Shown in pieces: positions 53,707 through 64,000 of a stretch of 64,000 bases of DNA. Origin of the DNA: Octopus bimaculoides (taxonomy: Eukaryota); the NCBI RefSeq assembly GCF_001194135.2, contig NC_068985.1:107850764-107914763 (forward strand), written 5' to 3'. Below the pieces are notes generated by a model, which made no database searches, was not told where the DNA came from, and saw only the letters and a program-made list of their open reading frames with translations. Positions within the stretch are counted from its first letter, which is position 1, and each line of letters starts with the position of its first letter. The translations under genes were made by a program, and so were the position numbers.

Positions 53707-54057
53707 CAGTTTGAGGTGGCCGTTGCCAGTACCGCCTGACTGGCCTTCGTAGGTTTTTTGAGCGAGATCGTTACCAGTGCCCCTAGACTGGCTCTTGTGT
53801 GGGTGGCACATAAAATGCACCATTTTGAGCGTGGCCGTTGCCAGTACCACCTGACTGGCCCTCGTGCGGGTGACACGTAAAAGCACCCACTACACTCTCT
53901 GAGTGGTTAGCGTTAGGAAGGGCATCCAGCTGTAGAAACTCTGCCAAATCAGATTGGAGCCTGGTGTTGCCATCTGGTTCACCAGTCCTCAGTCAAATCG
54001 TCCAACCCATGCTAGCATGGAAAGTGGACGTTAAACAATGATGATGATGATGATATC
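53707..54057 (+). mobile_element. S4 element
   Basis: Same body and (GAT)n tail as 44599-44916. Confidence 0.85.
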
Positions 54058-55069
54058 ATCATTGTCATTGTTTTAATGATCCCTATTCCATGCTTGTATG
54101 GGTCCAGTTGAATTTGTTATATATATATTTTTGTCCTGATGACTTGAAGATTGGTTATGCAGTTTCCATGGCATGTAAGTGATCAATGGACCCCTGCAAT
54201 GGATCAGCACTCCGAAATGGGACACAGTCAAGGCCAGCAATTTGAGTGGTGGGGTACAGGTGGGGAGACAGACAAGTCGATTATATCAACCCTAGCACTT
54301 GACTGATATTATGTTTTATCAACCCTAAAGGACCTTGGTGGGATTTGAACTCAGAAAGTGTCAGAAGAAATACTGCTAAGCATTTTGTCCCATATGTTAA
54401 CAGTTCTGCTAGCTCACCTTCTAGATGAATATATACAAACATAATATTTGCATGAATACAATTACATCATCATCATCTATACTTTAATACTCTTCTTGTC
54501 ATCTTGTTTCTTCCTTTGTCTTGAGAACCATGCACCTGGCCTATTTGTTGTTCTATCACTCCAGTTGATAGAAAACATACAAGTCTGGGTCTCTTTCAAC
54601 TGTTCTTTTGTGGACATACAGAAACCTCAGTTTTCAGCTACACAGAGGTATACTGCTCTCTTCCCTTGGATATTATTTCCTCAGGCAAGAGCACTTTATC
54701 CCCTGTAACTTACCTATCTAATACTTTTTATGTTTGCGAGTTGGCTTGTGTTCAATTTTCTCTCTGCCACTTGTAATATTAGCAAAACAGTTTTCTTTCT
54801 GTTTTTACCACTTATGTGCATCATGGTGTGTGAGTGAGTCTGTTTGTACAAGTTTTTGTGGAAGTGACTTTATTTTTTATATGTGTGCTTCAAATTTAGT
54901 ATTTATAATTGTTTTGTTTTTCCAAACTCTGTTATTTAAAAGATTTTTATTAAACTTCTTTAACTGTATCATTTGTTTGTTTCACACTTGTAACTAGCAC
55001 CTCTTACTGCTACCCCAGAAGAAACCATCTTAAACATTTAATACACAGCAATTAAAAAAAAAAAAAAAA

Positions 55070-55562
55070 TAGATGCAGGAGTGGCTGTGTGCATAGGCGC
55101 AGAAGTGGCTATGTGGTACGTAGCTTGGTTCCGGGTTCAGTCCCACTGCGTGGCACCTTGGGCAAGTGTCTTCTACTATAGCCTCGGGCTGACCAAAGCC
55201 TTGTGAATGGATTTGGTAGACGGAAACTGAAAGAAGCTTGTCGTATATATATATGTGTGTGTGTGTGTGTTTATGTGTCTGTGTCCCCCCCCCCCCNNNN
55301 NNNNNNNNNNNNNNNNNNNNNNNNNNNNNNNNNNNNNNNNNNNNNNNNNNNNNNNNNNNNNNNNNNNNNNNNNNNNNNNNNNNNNNNNCCCCCAACATCG
55401 CTTGACAACCGATGTTGGTGTGTTTACGTCCCCGTAACTTAGCGGTTTGGCAAGTACTAGGCTTACAAAGAATAAGTCCTGGGGTCGATTTGTTTGACTA
55501 AAGGCGGTGCTCCAGCATGACCACAGTCAAATTGACTGAAACAAGTAAAAGAGTAAAAGAGT
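55070..55562 (+). mobile_element. S1a SINE with duplicated head, spanning a 92-N gap
   Basis: Two tandem head starts (gcaggagtggctgtgtg / gcagaagtggctatgtgg), S1a body, and a tail ending gtaaaagagtaaaagag. Confidence 0.85.
55297..55388. other. Assembly gap (92 N) at the poly-C of an S1a SINE
   Basis: N run. Confidence 0.99.
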
Positions 55563-57008
55563 ATATGTGTATCTAAATAAATGCATATAGATAAAAACAA
55601 AGCAACCCATCTACACTTATGAGAAGCCTCTACCTAGATTGGTTCAGATACTGTACAGTTCCACCCATGTTTTTCTCCTGGTACTAAAACTTGAGGCTCC
55701 TGAAACCACCTGTGAACATTGTTGATACTGGACTAGTTTCAAATCCTATCACATCCTCTGGGTAGTTGCCACTTAATAATATATATTGGCTATTTGTGTG
55801 ATTTTCACCAATTGTTTATCATTTAAATCAGTCATGAGTGTGTGACCTATGGGACTTTGGGAATGGTGTACACCTAAACAAAAAAAAATTGCATTGAATT
55901 TTTTTTTACCTGTGGTCTACCTGATAATGAGCCATGCTTCACGTGGCCCACTTCTCGAAAAAGTTACCCATCCCTGGTATAAATGTTCTACAAAGTCGGA
56001 GCTTATTCGCTTCTCAATCATTGCATTGTTTCCTATTTCTGTTGTTAGTTCATTCAAAATATTCATTAATTCTTTATTGGTTGTTCAGTGAACTATGTTT
56101 TACATGCCTTCAATGTCGGTTTATTTTCTCTTTATCCTCAGTGTCTCTATTATTTTCCACCCCATCCACACTCCTCTGTTTTCCCCCATCATTGCTAAAT
56201 GATGGTGTGATATTGTTTGGAGGAGATCCTTCAGTCACCTGATTGTCAGCTCCTAACATCTCAGATAAGGTAATTTTTTTCCTTTTATCCTTGGCACTGC
56301 AGCTAGTGGTTCCCAGGAAGCTGCTGTTTCCTGGACCTGCTGTTGATGCAGCCTCCTCTACTGACCTCACCTCCACCTTCTTTCTTCCCCTGATTTCCCA
56401 GTTCCTCTGAACAGAAAGCCTCCAGGTGGCTTTTAGCCACACACACACACACACACACCAATTAGGCATTCTTCTCTGAACACCTGTTCAATTACAATCA
56501 CAATGATACACATTTCTGGGATAGCATTGTGTTCTTTCTTTGTTATGATCATACAGATCCCCACTTTTTGGCCATGTTATTTCATTAGGCTTCTCTGCCC
56601 ATATTGGCTTATAAAGTCAATAGTCAACAAAACTACCTAGGTCTGTGATTGTGCCATAGTATTCCATCACCCTAACAGCAACCAATCTGTGGGCAGGTCT
56701 GTTGTGCACCAAACTCACCTTGCTTCTCACCTTATACTTCCATGCACTCTATCCCAGACAGGCACATTATTTCCTTCCTTGCTGTTTCTGGATGTATTCC
56801 TTATAATATATTCTGTTTTCTTTTTTCCTGTGAGCTAGCCTGTATCGATCACCTGCGTCTGTTGAGCAGTGTACACGAAACTATTGCTATTAATGTTATA
56901 AGAAGTATTTTTTTTTCATTTGATAGTGTTGGATGAGTCAACTTGTCCAAATGTATTTATTCATTTTTTTTGTGTTTTGTCTTTTTTGTGAGGTTCCAAA
57001 ATGTTTAA

Positions 57009-57227
57009 CCTTTTAGCATTTAAACTGACCATTTCCAATGCAAATATTCTACCTGTTTTACGCTCAAATCAGCCAGATCCCATCTCTCACACCTGCTCTA
57101 CAATATCATTCTAAAAATATACAGTCATATCATCAAAATCTTGAAACTACAAGATAATACATGATTATTGAGAACAATTTGAATAAATGAGCTTTACATT
57201 TGACAGAGTAATCTGAATGCTAAAGGG
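57009..57227. mobile_element. piggyBac-type MITE family P2
   Basis: ttaa|ccttttagcatt ... aatgctaaaggg|ttaa. A partial second copy lies at about 51868-52072. Confidence 0.8.
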
Positions 57228-58655
57228 TTAAGGAGTTTTGAGAGTTTTGTGTTTGGGGAGATGGTCCTATAAGTTATAGTTGAAGTAGGTAAGAAAAGTT
57301 TGTATCAAAGCGTTAAATTTTTGTAATAGTTGCCTAATATATCGTGATGGGTTAGCACCAGTGTAACTCTACAGTATTGTTTGATTCCTATTTATCACTT
57401 GGAAGTGGTTCTTGTGTTGTGAATAGGTCTGAAGCAAAATGTCTGAGTGAAATAATTTATTGCACTCCAAGCTCCATAGGTCTTTGTGTTAAAATCCCTC
57501 CTTGTAGATATTGTCATGTTTCTGGGTTGTAAATTTAATTTCACATACTTTAGGTTACTTAGCTTTGGGGCTTAAGTGTCAGATATCTTCTTGGTGAGTT
57601 AGCTGCCTTAGATTAGTGTTGTCCTATCCATGTACATTTATCTCACATCCACTACACTATATTGTTCAAGAAACTTTGCCTTTCATCCCTTTGAGGTTGA
57701 CAACATAAGTATTAATTGAGCGCAGGGGTCAATGCAATTGACTAGTCCCTCCTAGAAAATTCCAATTCTTGTGCTTTTAGTAGAAAGGATTATTGTTATT
57801 AGAGTTGTGAGCTGGCGGAATTGTTAGCATATTGGATAAAATGCTGAGTAGTACTTCTAGCTTTGCTTGGAGTTCAAATGCTGTTGAGGTTGAATTTGCT
57901 GTTCATCCTTTAGAGGTCAGTGAAATAAGTACGAGCTGAAAACTGGAGTCATGTAATTGACATCCACCTCCTCTCAATATCCCCACCTTTTGCCAAAATA
58001 GAATGAATTATTAAAAGAAAGCAATAGATAGATAGATAAATACAATGGCAAGAAATCCTATGAATCTGTAATTTGTTTACTGCAGAAGTTTTATTCTCTT
58101 TTGCCAACAATTACTGAGTGGGTGGAGCTAGAATTTGAACTAAGACTTTTCTGTTTTCAAATGAAATGCCCCATCAGCCAACTTCTAGTGTGATAATTTT
58201 CAAGCCTGAATGATAAACAACCACCATGAGTTAAAACAAGATTGTGTAGGTGTTATTATAGTGAAAAATAATCTGCTGAGTAGAATGTTGACTGATGGTT
58301 GCATCCAACATAAGTTAGATGTTATTAGTTTAGCTACATCTATTTAGTTTTGTTGTTGTAATGATGATTATGATATAGTTATTTATATATATTATTTGAA
58401 ACAGTTTGTCAGATTGCCAAAATACAAAGCAAGGGAAATTGTAAGGCAGTCTTTTCTGTGTTGTGTATCTGTTCTTGTGAGAGAGCATTAATGAATATTT
58501 ATGTTTTTACATAAGAACTGGAACATTTAATTTTGCTTTTTTTTCTGGTGACAATTTGTTTTGATTTTTCTTTTATCTGATATTTTGTTCTTCCCTTTTC
58601 CTGACATTAAATCATGCAGGATAAATGTTTTTTTTGTTCTTTGCTTAGAGATCGG

Positions 58656-59138
58656 NNNNNNNNNNNNNNNNNNNNNNNNNNNNNNNNNNNNNNNNNNNNN
58701 NNNNNNNNNNNNNNNNNNNNNNNNNNNNNNNNNNNNNNNNNNNNNNNNNNNNNNNNNNNNNNNNNNNNNNNNNNNNNNNNNNNNNNNNNNNNNNNNNNNN
58801 NNNNNNNNNNNNNNNNNNNNNNNNNNNNNNNNNNNNNNNNNNNNNNNNNNNNNNNNNNNNNNNNNNNNNNNNNNNNNNNNNNNNNNNNNNNNNNNNNNNN
58901 NNNNNNNNNNNNNNNNNNNNNNNNNNNNNNNNNNNNNNNNNNNNNNNNNNNNNNNNNNNNNNNNNNNNNNNNNNNNNNNNNNNNNNNNNNNNNNNNNNNN
59001 NNNNNNNNNNNNNNNNNNNNNNNNNNNNNNNNNNNNNNNNNNNNNNNNNNNNNNNNNNNNNNNNNNNNNNNNNNNNNNNNNNNNNNNNNNNNNNNNNNNN
59101 NNNNNNNNNNNNNNNNNNNNNNNNNNNNNNNNNNNNNN
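58656..59138. other. Assembly gap (483 N) adjacent to a minisatellite
   Basis: N run. Confidence 0.99.
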
Positions 59139-59345
59139 ATGTGTGTGTGTTTTGTGGAAACGTGTGTGTGTGTTTTGTGGAAACGTGTGTGTGTGTGTTT
59201 TGTGGAAACGTGTGTGTGTGTTTTGTGGAAACGTGTGTGTGTGTGTTTTGTGGAAATGTGTGTGTGTGTGTGTTTTGTGGAAACTTGTGTGTGTGTTTTG
59301 TGGAAACTGTTGTGTGTGTGTTTTGTGGAAATTGCTGTGTGTGTA
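59139..59345 (+). repeat. Minisatellite (GT)n-TTTTGTGGAAAC, 8 visible units, running into a gap
   Basis: Eight ttttgtggaaa cores; the left end abuts the N run. Confidence 0.95.
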
Positions 59346-59986
59346 TTTGTTCCTCCAACCCATACTTGACAACTGGTATTGGTTCATTTATGTACCTGTA
59401 AATTAACAGTTTGGCAAAAGAAACTTCCATAATGAGAATTGAACTTAAAAAAACCCAAAAAGAACTGGAATCAATTTGATTGACTGAAACCCTTCAAACT
59501 GGTGCCTCAGCATGGTTGCAGTTCAGTGACTGAAACAAGTAAAAGAATAAAAGATTATTTACTTTGTCCATTCATGGTGAGGTGCACATTTTCGACAAAT
59601 GAGCAGTGAACAAAAAAAGTCTTTTAGCACTGTTTTACACTTATCACTCTTTTAACTACCATCTCTTGTATTCCATTTTAAAATCAATGCTAGAATAGAT
59701 CGGTGGTTTTATTTATTCAAGATTTTCTTTTCTTTTTATCTTCACACATTGGACTTGATGGCTTGAAAATATTCTTATATTGTAGTTGGGTGTCCTTTTT
59801 TTTTTTACCCATATCAAGTCCATGGGGTTATCTCTTGAGTAGATTAATGGAGATTCATAGAATAACTACCTCAGGGTCCCATTGTAAAGTCTGGCCTCAT
59901 GATTTAAACCACTGAAGAGTTTAATATTAAGTGTTTACTGAAATATATTTGTTTGTGTTTTTCCTATTTCTTTATTTTCCTAACAG

Positions 59987-60054
59987 AATCCTCAGTCTTT
60001 TGTGCTGGGATGGGAAACTGTGAACCTGGGAAAGAAGACAATCTCTCTCAATGC
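59987..60054 (+). CDS. Candidate alternative exon D, (E)SSVFCAGMGNCEPGKEDNLSQC; alternative PH beta-1 segment with internal ATG at 60010
   Basis: Very strong acceptor (tttttcctatttctttattttcctaacag|) and donor TGC|gtatgt at 60055. 68 nt, phase 1 in and phase 0 out, in frame with exon 62353. ATG in gggATGG context. Confidence 0.7.
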
Positions 60055-60320
60055 GTATGTGGGTCTGTCTGTTTTGATTTGTCTTGCTTATTCAAGACTG
60101 AAACTAATGTGGACAAAAGAAAAACTATGGTTGTTATGATTAATCATAAAACAGTCACCCAAAACCTCAACAGAATAGTATGTCACTGGACTGTATACAC
60201 CTTCAAATATAAAAACAGATCTGCTGTAGAGAGTGAGCGATAGATGCCTGCTATATTGCCAGCACAGAAAAGTTAACAGAAATAATATGAAGTCTTTCTG
60301 TACACTAACGTATTTTTTAA

Positions 60321-60512
60321 ACTCTTTTGTTACCATATTTCTATTGAAATATGCTGCAATGAATTTAGTAAAAAGATTTTGTAATTATTAAGTTAGTATT
60401 CGAAGCAAAAATTAACACAAAACTTTGATAAGTTTTTATTTAGATCACTTTATAACAGAAAGCTTGTTTCATAGAACCGTAGGTAGCCTCAGATGGTTTG
60501 ATACCAAAAGGG
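60321..60512 (-). mobile_element. P1 MITE (decayed)
   Basis: ttaa|actcttttgttaccatatttc ... ccaaaaggg|ttga. Confidence 0.7.
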
Positions 60513-61080
60513 TTGAGATGTGGTCTCAAGTTGCAATGTTTGTCTCCAGATCCTAGTATTTCTTTTGACATTTTCCCATTTTCTGCTGGCAAAATTTAAC
60601 TGTTTGCATAAGTCTACTTGAGTAACAAATGTCACTTCTACAATAGAGTTTAGTGGTTGGGATGATGTCAAACTGAAAAAATACTGCTGTAGAAACCATG
60701 CCACAACAGACAAAGGAAGTCAAGACAGCTCCCCAACTGGCTAGCTCCATGTCAAACCATCCAACCCATGCTAGCATGGACAATGGACATTGAATGATGA
60801 TGATGACACACATGCACATATATACACATATGACAGGTTTCTTTCAGTTTCTGTCTACCAATTCCACTCACAAGGTTTTGACTGTTCTGGTGCTACAGTG
60901 CAAGACTTTTGTTTAGACATGGCTCTGTGGTTAAGCTTACTTCCCTACCATGTGGTCTTGGTTTCAAACACTGCAGAACACTTTACGAAGCTGTCTTTTA
61001 ATATAGCCCTGGACCAATCAAAACCTTGTGAGTGGATTTGGTAGATGGGAACTGAAAGAAGCTGGTTAAATGTGTGCATG

Positions 61081-61113
<33 letters not shown>

Positions 61114-61734
61114 CATTGTCTAGATATCACATAATGGTTGTAAATGTGTATTATTGTCATAAAAGCAAAGATGTTCATTTCCAGTCTTCCATGAAAAACA
61201 TGTATGCCTGGCTGTGGATAAGTATTAACTTGCTTAGCAACAAGTGAAGATTGGTGATGGAAAGAGCATCCAGCAAGTAGAAAATATCAACATATTCCAT
61301 CTGGCCCATGCTAGCATGAAGAATAGACATATGGTGATGTGTAATAGAAAATTTAGAAGTGAACAGAATTGTATGTAACTATACTCTATAGAGCTATCAG
61401 GCCGTGCTATATTTTAGACATCACTGAATTGAATGTCCTGTGGTGGTGGTGGGGAGGGTTTGTGTTATTATGCCTGTCTATCTTGTCAGGTCTTTATACC
61501 TTGACATTTTCTCAGTTCTCTTGATTGATATGTTTCTATTCACGAGTCATCACATCGAAATCTATCTCTCTTGTTTTTACTGTTTTTATTGACGCTATGG
61601 GGGGGGGGGGGTCAGTTAACTCACTTGCCTCACTTGACATTTAACCACACAGTGTGACATCACCTCTATTTCTGCTGTATTTGCATATTGTTGTTTTGGC
61701 CAGGTGGAGGTCAATTTATTGCTCATAATATTAA

Positions 61735-62248
61735 TCCTTTTCTTACCATGTTTCTGCTGAATACACTGGTGTTGTTTCAATAATTTCAAAAATTATGAAG
61801 AATTTAGTCGGTGAAATGTAACATGAAATTTTGACAGAATTTTAACCCATAAACTGTGATAGGCCACCTCAGTGGCCAACGCGACAGTGCGATAGGCCAC
61901 CTCAGTGGCCAACGCGACAGTGCAATAGGCCACCTCAGTGGCTAACGCGACAGGCCACGTGTGTGGCCACGGAAGTAGGGCATGATCTGACCTAATTTTG
62001 ATGACGTATAATGTATGCGCACGATACCCTTTCACCCCAGAAACAGTGTAGTCAACCACCGAAGGTGTTAAGAAACACTGATTATTTTTTTCGAGTGATA
62101 GATCGATGTTGACCTTTACCCAAAATAGGCTCAGCAGTTCGTGTTACATACAGCAAAATCCCAGCAGTTTATGGGTTAAATTTAAATCACTTTAAAACAG
62201 AAAGTTTGCACCAAGAAACCAAGGTTGGTTGGGTTGGTATTAAAAGGG
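61735..62248 (-). mobile_element. Host TTAA MITE (family P1), interrupted by 61846-62175
   Basis: Left part tcctttttcttaccatgtttctgctgaatacac and right part ggttggtattaaaaggg match uninterrupted P1 copies. Confidence 0.8.
61846..62175. mobile_element. piggyBac-type MITE (330 bp) nested in another TTAA MITE
   Basis: TTAA at 61842-61845 and 62176-62179; perfect 11-bp TIRs cccataaactg and cagtttatggg; three 33-nt tandem units near the left end. Confidence 0.92.
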
Positions 62249-62352
62249 TTACACATATTTGGTACCTGTTCCTACCAACAGGTAGTTGAACTGAGGCAAA
62301 GTAGAATATAAGAGTACTACTTTTCACTCTTATTCTTCTACTTTATTTTCAG

Positions 62353-62517
62353 GGCATTAATGGTAAATGGAAAGCCCGAAGGTTCCAGTTGACAGAAGAT
62401 CACCTTATTTATCATCGGAAATGGAAGAAAAGAATAGGAGTCAGTTCTCTACCGTTGGATGGTTGTTCTGTAGTGTGTCCATGTTTAGATGCAGATTTAC
62501 CATCCAGTAATCCATCT
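62353..62517 (+). CDS. PLEK2: Internal coding exon: core of the pleckstrin-type N-terminal PH domain (55 aa)
   Basis: Acceptor ttcttctactttattttcag|, 165 nt open in phase 0-0, donor TCT|gtaagt at 62518. Translation GINGKWKARRFQLTEDHLIYHRKWKKRIGVSSLPLDGCSVVCPCLDADLPSSNPS. WKAR.F.L and LDGC.V.CPCL match recalled PLEK2 PH1 (WKARWFIL...LLDGCTITCPCLE). Confidence 0.92.
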
Positions 62518-62581
62518 GTAAGTATTCCATTTTCTTACTAGTTTTGAATTTGGTTCATATCTATCTAAAAAAAATACTTTG

Positions 62582-62612
<31 letters not shown>

Positions 62613-62861
62613 GTGTGTATGCTTGTATGTATATATCTTTTTTTTACAGAATTTTCTTCTACAGAATTTAAGTCAGTCGATAAACAGTGACAAAGCTCTT
62701 TTGTTTAACTCAAGACTGCTCTTATCTCAGTGTTTGTGGATATCTCATTTGTTTCGTGCATGTGTAGATAAACTTGCAATTATGTAATTGGTACTCGTGT
62801 CGCATTTGTATACAAGTGGTTGTATGTGTATGCTTCATTATTTTTGGTGTGTGTGTGTGTG

Positions 62862-63272
<411 letters not shown>

Positions 63273-63559
63273 TATGTTTGTATGTATGTGTATATTCCAT
63301 ATGTACATATGATCATATATGTGTGTGTGTCTGTGTGTGTATTTATTCAGCCTAATGACTTTAAATGGATATTCCCTGGAATGTTTTACAAGTGATTGTA
63401 TTTGGGGAATGTGAATCATTCAGCTGTATTCTTTCTTGGAGAATCCCGGCGTTTCTAGGCTTTTATGTAAGTCTATTTGTTACACGTCTCAGTGCAAATA
63501 TGATGTGTACAAATGAAAATCTACAGCTTTAATATAAGTGTTGTAAGATTCCCATTATA

Positions 63560-63916
63560 TCTTTTATCTTGTTTCAGTCATTAAACTGCAACCATGTTGG
63601 GGTACTGCTTTGAAGAATTCCCATGGTTTTTTAAATTTTTTTTTAGTTGACTGAATTGGCCCCAGACTTATTATTTTAAAGCCTGGTACATATTCTGTCA
63701 GTCTCTTTTGCCCAACTGCTAAGTTATGAGGACGTAAACAAACACCGGTTGTCAAGCAGTGGCGGGGAACACACGCACACACACAATGGGCTTCTTGTCG
63801 TTTCTAACTACTATATCCACTCACAAGGCTTTGGTCTCCCTGCGGCTATAGTAGAAGACAGTGGGATTAAATCCGAAACCATGTGGCTGGGAAACCAACT
63901 TCTTACCACACAGCCC
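63560..63916 (-). mobile_element. S1a SINE
   Basis: Reverse-complement match to S1a. Confidence 0.75.
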
Positions 63917-64000
63917 ATGTATACTTGCTTTCTCTTCGTCTCTCTTAAATGCTAACAATCTTAGATGGTTTGATGTAAAATGTATTTGGCTGTCATCAGT

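Larger units (their letters stand above)
3601..62352 (+). other. 58.75-kb first intron of the canonical isoform (GT-AG, phase 0), splitting PH beta-1 from beta-2
   Basis: GT at 3601-3602 and AG at 62351-62352; the flanking exons form a contiguous PH motif. Confidence 0.8.

Noticed and set aside
25795-59430. ORFs of 216-286 aa containing X runs
   Set aside because: Artefacts of N gaps, which contain no stop codons.
59987-60054. Alternative reading NPQSFVLGWETVNLGKKTISLN resembling CoA-transferase family III, with exon B DLCRPLLTGP
   Set aside because: That frame ends in phase 2 and cannot join the clear PH exon. The resemblance is short and probably chance.
61858-61970. 33-nt palindromic direct repeats as a CRISPR-like array
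   Set aside because: The units are adjacent with no spacers, lie inside a TTAA-flanked TIR element, and the context is eukaryotic.

Overview
This is AT-rich, microsatellite- and SINE-dense eukaryotic DNA with four scaffold gaps. The repeat families match my recollection of Octopus SINEs, so the source is probably an octopod (inference; no database check). Almost all ORFs in the supplied track are microsatellite or repeat artefacts. The window holds the 5' part of one + strand gene with a pleckstrin/PLEK2-like N-terminal PH domain. Exon 1 (CDS 3553-3600, MDTENHCLKTGYLLKQ) splices in phase 0 across a 58,752-nt intron to exon 62353-62517 (GINGKWKARRFQLTEDHLIYHRKWKKRIGVSSLPLDGCSVVCPCLDADLPSSNPS). 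The gene continues beyond the window. Inside that intron I find four further exon candidates whose phases chain in frame (14448-14543, 41000-41051, a 27-nt microexon 48490-48516, and 59987-60054). The last of these offers an alternative PH beta-1 strand behind an internal MGNC start. The rest is transposon-derived: at least four tRNA-head or RTE-tailed SINE families, TTAA piggyBac-type MITEs (one nested in another), a hAT MITE, a Helentron-type HINE, a deleted Tigger/pogo element, an RTE LINE fragment and simple repeats. There are no rRNA, functional tRNA or CRISPR features.
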